A stretch of 64,000 nucleotides of DNA, taken from assembly GCF_009914755.1 (NCBI RefSeq), contig NC_060937.1; one strand, given 5' to 3'. A model generated the notes under the pieces. The model did not search any database. It saw nothing but the letters and a program-made list of their open reading frames with translations, and had not been told where the DNA came from. The translations under genes were made by a program, and so were the position numbers. This document shows, piece after piece, positions 60,799 through 64,000 of the stretch. The first letter of the stretch is position 1. The number at the start of each line of letters is the position of its first letter. This stretch comes from the human T2T-CHM13v2.0 reference genome, Homo sapiens.

Positions 60799-60945
60799 AG
60801 GCAGGGTCTTGCTCTGTTGCTCAGGCTAGAGTGCAGTGGTGTGATCACAGCTTACTGCAGCCTTGACCTCCCTGGGCTCAGGTGACCCTTCCATTTCAGC
60901 CTCACTAGTAGCTGGGACTACAGACGTGCGCCACCATGCCCAGCT

Positions 60946-60976
<31 letters not shown>

Positions 60977-61096
60977 GGTAGAGATGGAATTTTGCTATGT
61001 TGTCCAGGCTGGTTTCGAGCTCCTGGGCTCAAGTGATCTGCCCACCTTGGCCTCCCAAGGTGTTAGAATTACAGATGTGAGCCACCATGCCTAGCC
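60711..61096 (-). mobile_element. AluJ with long poly-T tail and expanded linker
   Basis: About 40 T in the tail and about 29 T in the central linker; caccac(c/t)actt on both flanks. Confidence 0.93.
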
Positions 61097-61739
61097 ACCA
61101 CTACTTCTTAATAGCTAAATAGGATTTAAGATTAACCATCACACCATCAGATCTGAGCCCTTCAACAACCCTTAACTTTGGATAGGAAATAGGAAAGTGG
61201 TTTATCCCTAGGCTACACTATTTCATAATTAATAGAAATGAATGAGATATATTTCTTTGACATTTTATAGGTCACTAAGCACTTTCACCTCTGTTACCTT
61301 GTTGAACATGATCTCTATTGCATTTCATGCCCCTTAAGACAGTTTCATAATTATGAAAATAGTTGTTAGGGATTTTCCAAGGGAACAACATCAGTATTTA
61401 TACAAGGAAGGCCTTTGTATTTTTAAAATTTCTACTGTAGCTATAATTGGTTCCCATTGTTATTTCTAATACTATAAATTTGTGCATTCTTTTTCTTTAT
61501 CCACTTTTATGGAAGATGGTGTGTTTTAATAACTTTTTTTTAACTTAGCTTTTGATTTTGGATATTTTGCTCATTGATTACCAGTGATTTTTTCTTTTCT
61601 TACAGGAGCTTTTAAGTCCACAATTTCCCTGTGCATAGTGCTTTAGCTGACTCCTAAAAGTTTTGCTATGCAGTGGTTGTTAATCACTCCCAGGCTTTTC
61701 TACTTTCCATTATTACTTCTGTGGCTTGTGAGTGTTAAA

Positions 61740-62048
61740 TTTCTTTTTATTTTCATTTTTGGTGATGGGCAGGGTCTTGCTCCATCACTCAGGCCGGAGT
61801 GCAGTGGTGCGATTACGGCTCACCACAGCCTTGACTTCCAAGGCTTAAGCTATCCTCCCACCTTAGCCTCCGCGGGAGCTGGGACTACAGGCATGCACCA
61901 CCATGCCCAGCTAATTTTTAAATTTTTTTATAGAGATGGAGTCTCGCTCTGTGGCCTAGGCTGGTCTCAAACTCCTGGACACAAGTGATCCACCTACCTC
62001 AGACTCCCAAAGTGCTTGGATTACAGGCGTGAGCCACCACACCTGGGC
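61740..62048 (-). mobile_element. AluJ
   Basis: Reverse Alu ending cacacctgggc. Confidence 0.9.
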
Positions 62049-62414
62049 TAAATATTTATAGAACAGTTTTTAAAGTTATCTTTAAAAGTTTACTTTTAAT
62101 TTAGTTATATTGTGTCAGAGAATATTATCTGTTTGAAATAGATTCATTAGATTGGTCAAGTTTTGCTATGCATAGTTAATTTTGTAAATATTCCACATAC
62201 GCTTGAAAACAATATATGTTTTCTAAGTCTGGTATGCAGGGTTATAGTAAGTACAGCAAATTTAACATTTTAATTTGGGGCTTCACATTTCCTCCATTGT
62301 AACACATTTTGCATCTGCAGGTCTGCAGGCAGAGATAACCTGGAAAGGTACATTAGACAAGGCACCTGGTACTCTTTTTGCCTGTTGCAAAATTGTTCAC
62401 AATTTTTTTTCTGA

Positions 62415-62744
<330 letters not shown>

Positions 62745-63286
62745 CAAATACTTCAGATTTATATCACCACATACAAGAATTGTGCACTTTCATGAACTAT
62801 TGGAACAGGTCTGTAAGTAGCAAAAAACCAAAAAGAACGAAAAGAATATCAGCAGTGATATTCAGTGGGGATGGTGAAATGTTTCCTTTCAGATTGTGTG
62901 TCCTAAGAACTGGGAAAGCTTGTTTGTGTGTGGGTGGCTGTGGGGGGTGGGCTGAAGCAGTAGCTAGTGGTTTAGGGCAGTTCATTTACTTTTGTTCAAT
63001 CAATAATTTGAATGGGTGATCTTCAGGGAATTTAAGTAAACTGTTATGAGTTGTGGCCCCTCAAGTAAATTAGTCCCAGAACCAGACCCTTGTGACCTCA
63101 GTACCAGTAGGAGAGAACAGCCTGGGATTTTCAGCAGAGGCAACCTTTGAACATTTGACCACGGTGCCAAAAATCTGCAAGCAGTTGTTTACAGAATTCT
63201 TAGGACCAGCCTGGAGTCCTTTCATTCCACCTTGCATGATAAGATCGGTAAAGGAAGTCTCACTTTCTGTATTCCTTAGGAGTCAC

Positions 63287-63576
<290 letters not shown>

Positions 63577-64000
63577 TAGGAGTCAATAAGTTTTTTTAAC
63601 TTAGATTTTTAGAATCCCAGAAGGAAATATCTGCTGCCACAGCACTTTAAAAATACATGATCGGCCGTCTCAAAAAAAAAATGTATATATATATGATCAA
63701 TGTCCAGGTAGGATGTAGGTGATACCAGCTTAGAGAGAAATTGGCTAGTCTTGTTAGACATAAAGTCTTAGGATTTACACACATTTCGTATTTTCTCTGA
63801 GCTTAGAACAGGTTCTTGGACAGAGCAGGAACTCAGCAGGTGTAGAAAATAATCGACTTCTTTTCAGTATTTGACATGATAGCGCCTTCCTTTGTTGTCT
63901 TTGGTCACATGCTTTCCTGGTCACTTTTCTACTTCCTTTTTCTTCTCTATTACCGTATCTGGATATTCTTTCTCTTCCTGCAACTTAGTGCTAGAGTTCC

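Overview
Primate (very probably human) genomic DNA lying entirely inside LRCH1 (leucine-rich repeats and calponin homology domain containing 1), transcribed on the + strand. The only coding sequence I can support is one 145-bp internal exon at 53456-53600 (AG/GT bounded, encoding ...DLSKNRLVEVPMELCHFVSLEILNLYHNCIRVIPEAIVNLQMLTYLNLS...). I recognise it from memory as the second LRCH1 exon; it is missing from the ORF track. The rest is intronic and rich in repeats: about 25 Alus, L1/L2/MIR relics, MaLR LTRs, DNA transposons (MER82-like, MER53, Tigger3, MER1A) and two near-identical HERV-H LTRs (LTR7Y-like) in divergent orientation 9.2 kb apart. Signals worth following up: (i) the LTR7Y-like pair, one a clean sense solo LTR and the other an antisense 5' LTR cut off inside its tRNA-His primer-binding site; (ii) two short locally templated insertions, each copied from kilobases upstream across one of those LTRs; (iii) a pre-miRNA-sized hairpin about 500 bp downstream of the sense LTR; (iv) an AluY with a triplicated right arm, inverted against an adjacent Alu. 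I found no clear new biological system. Repeat subfamily names come from recalled consensus sequences, and boundaries of old repeats are approximate.
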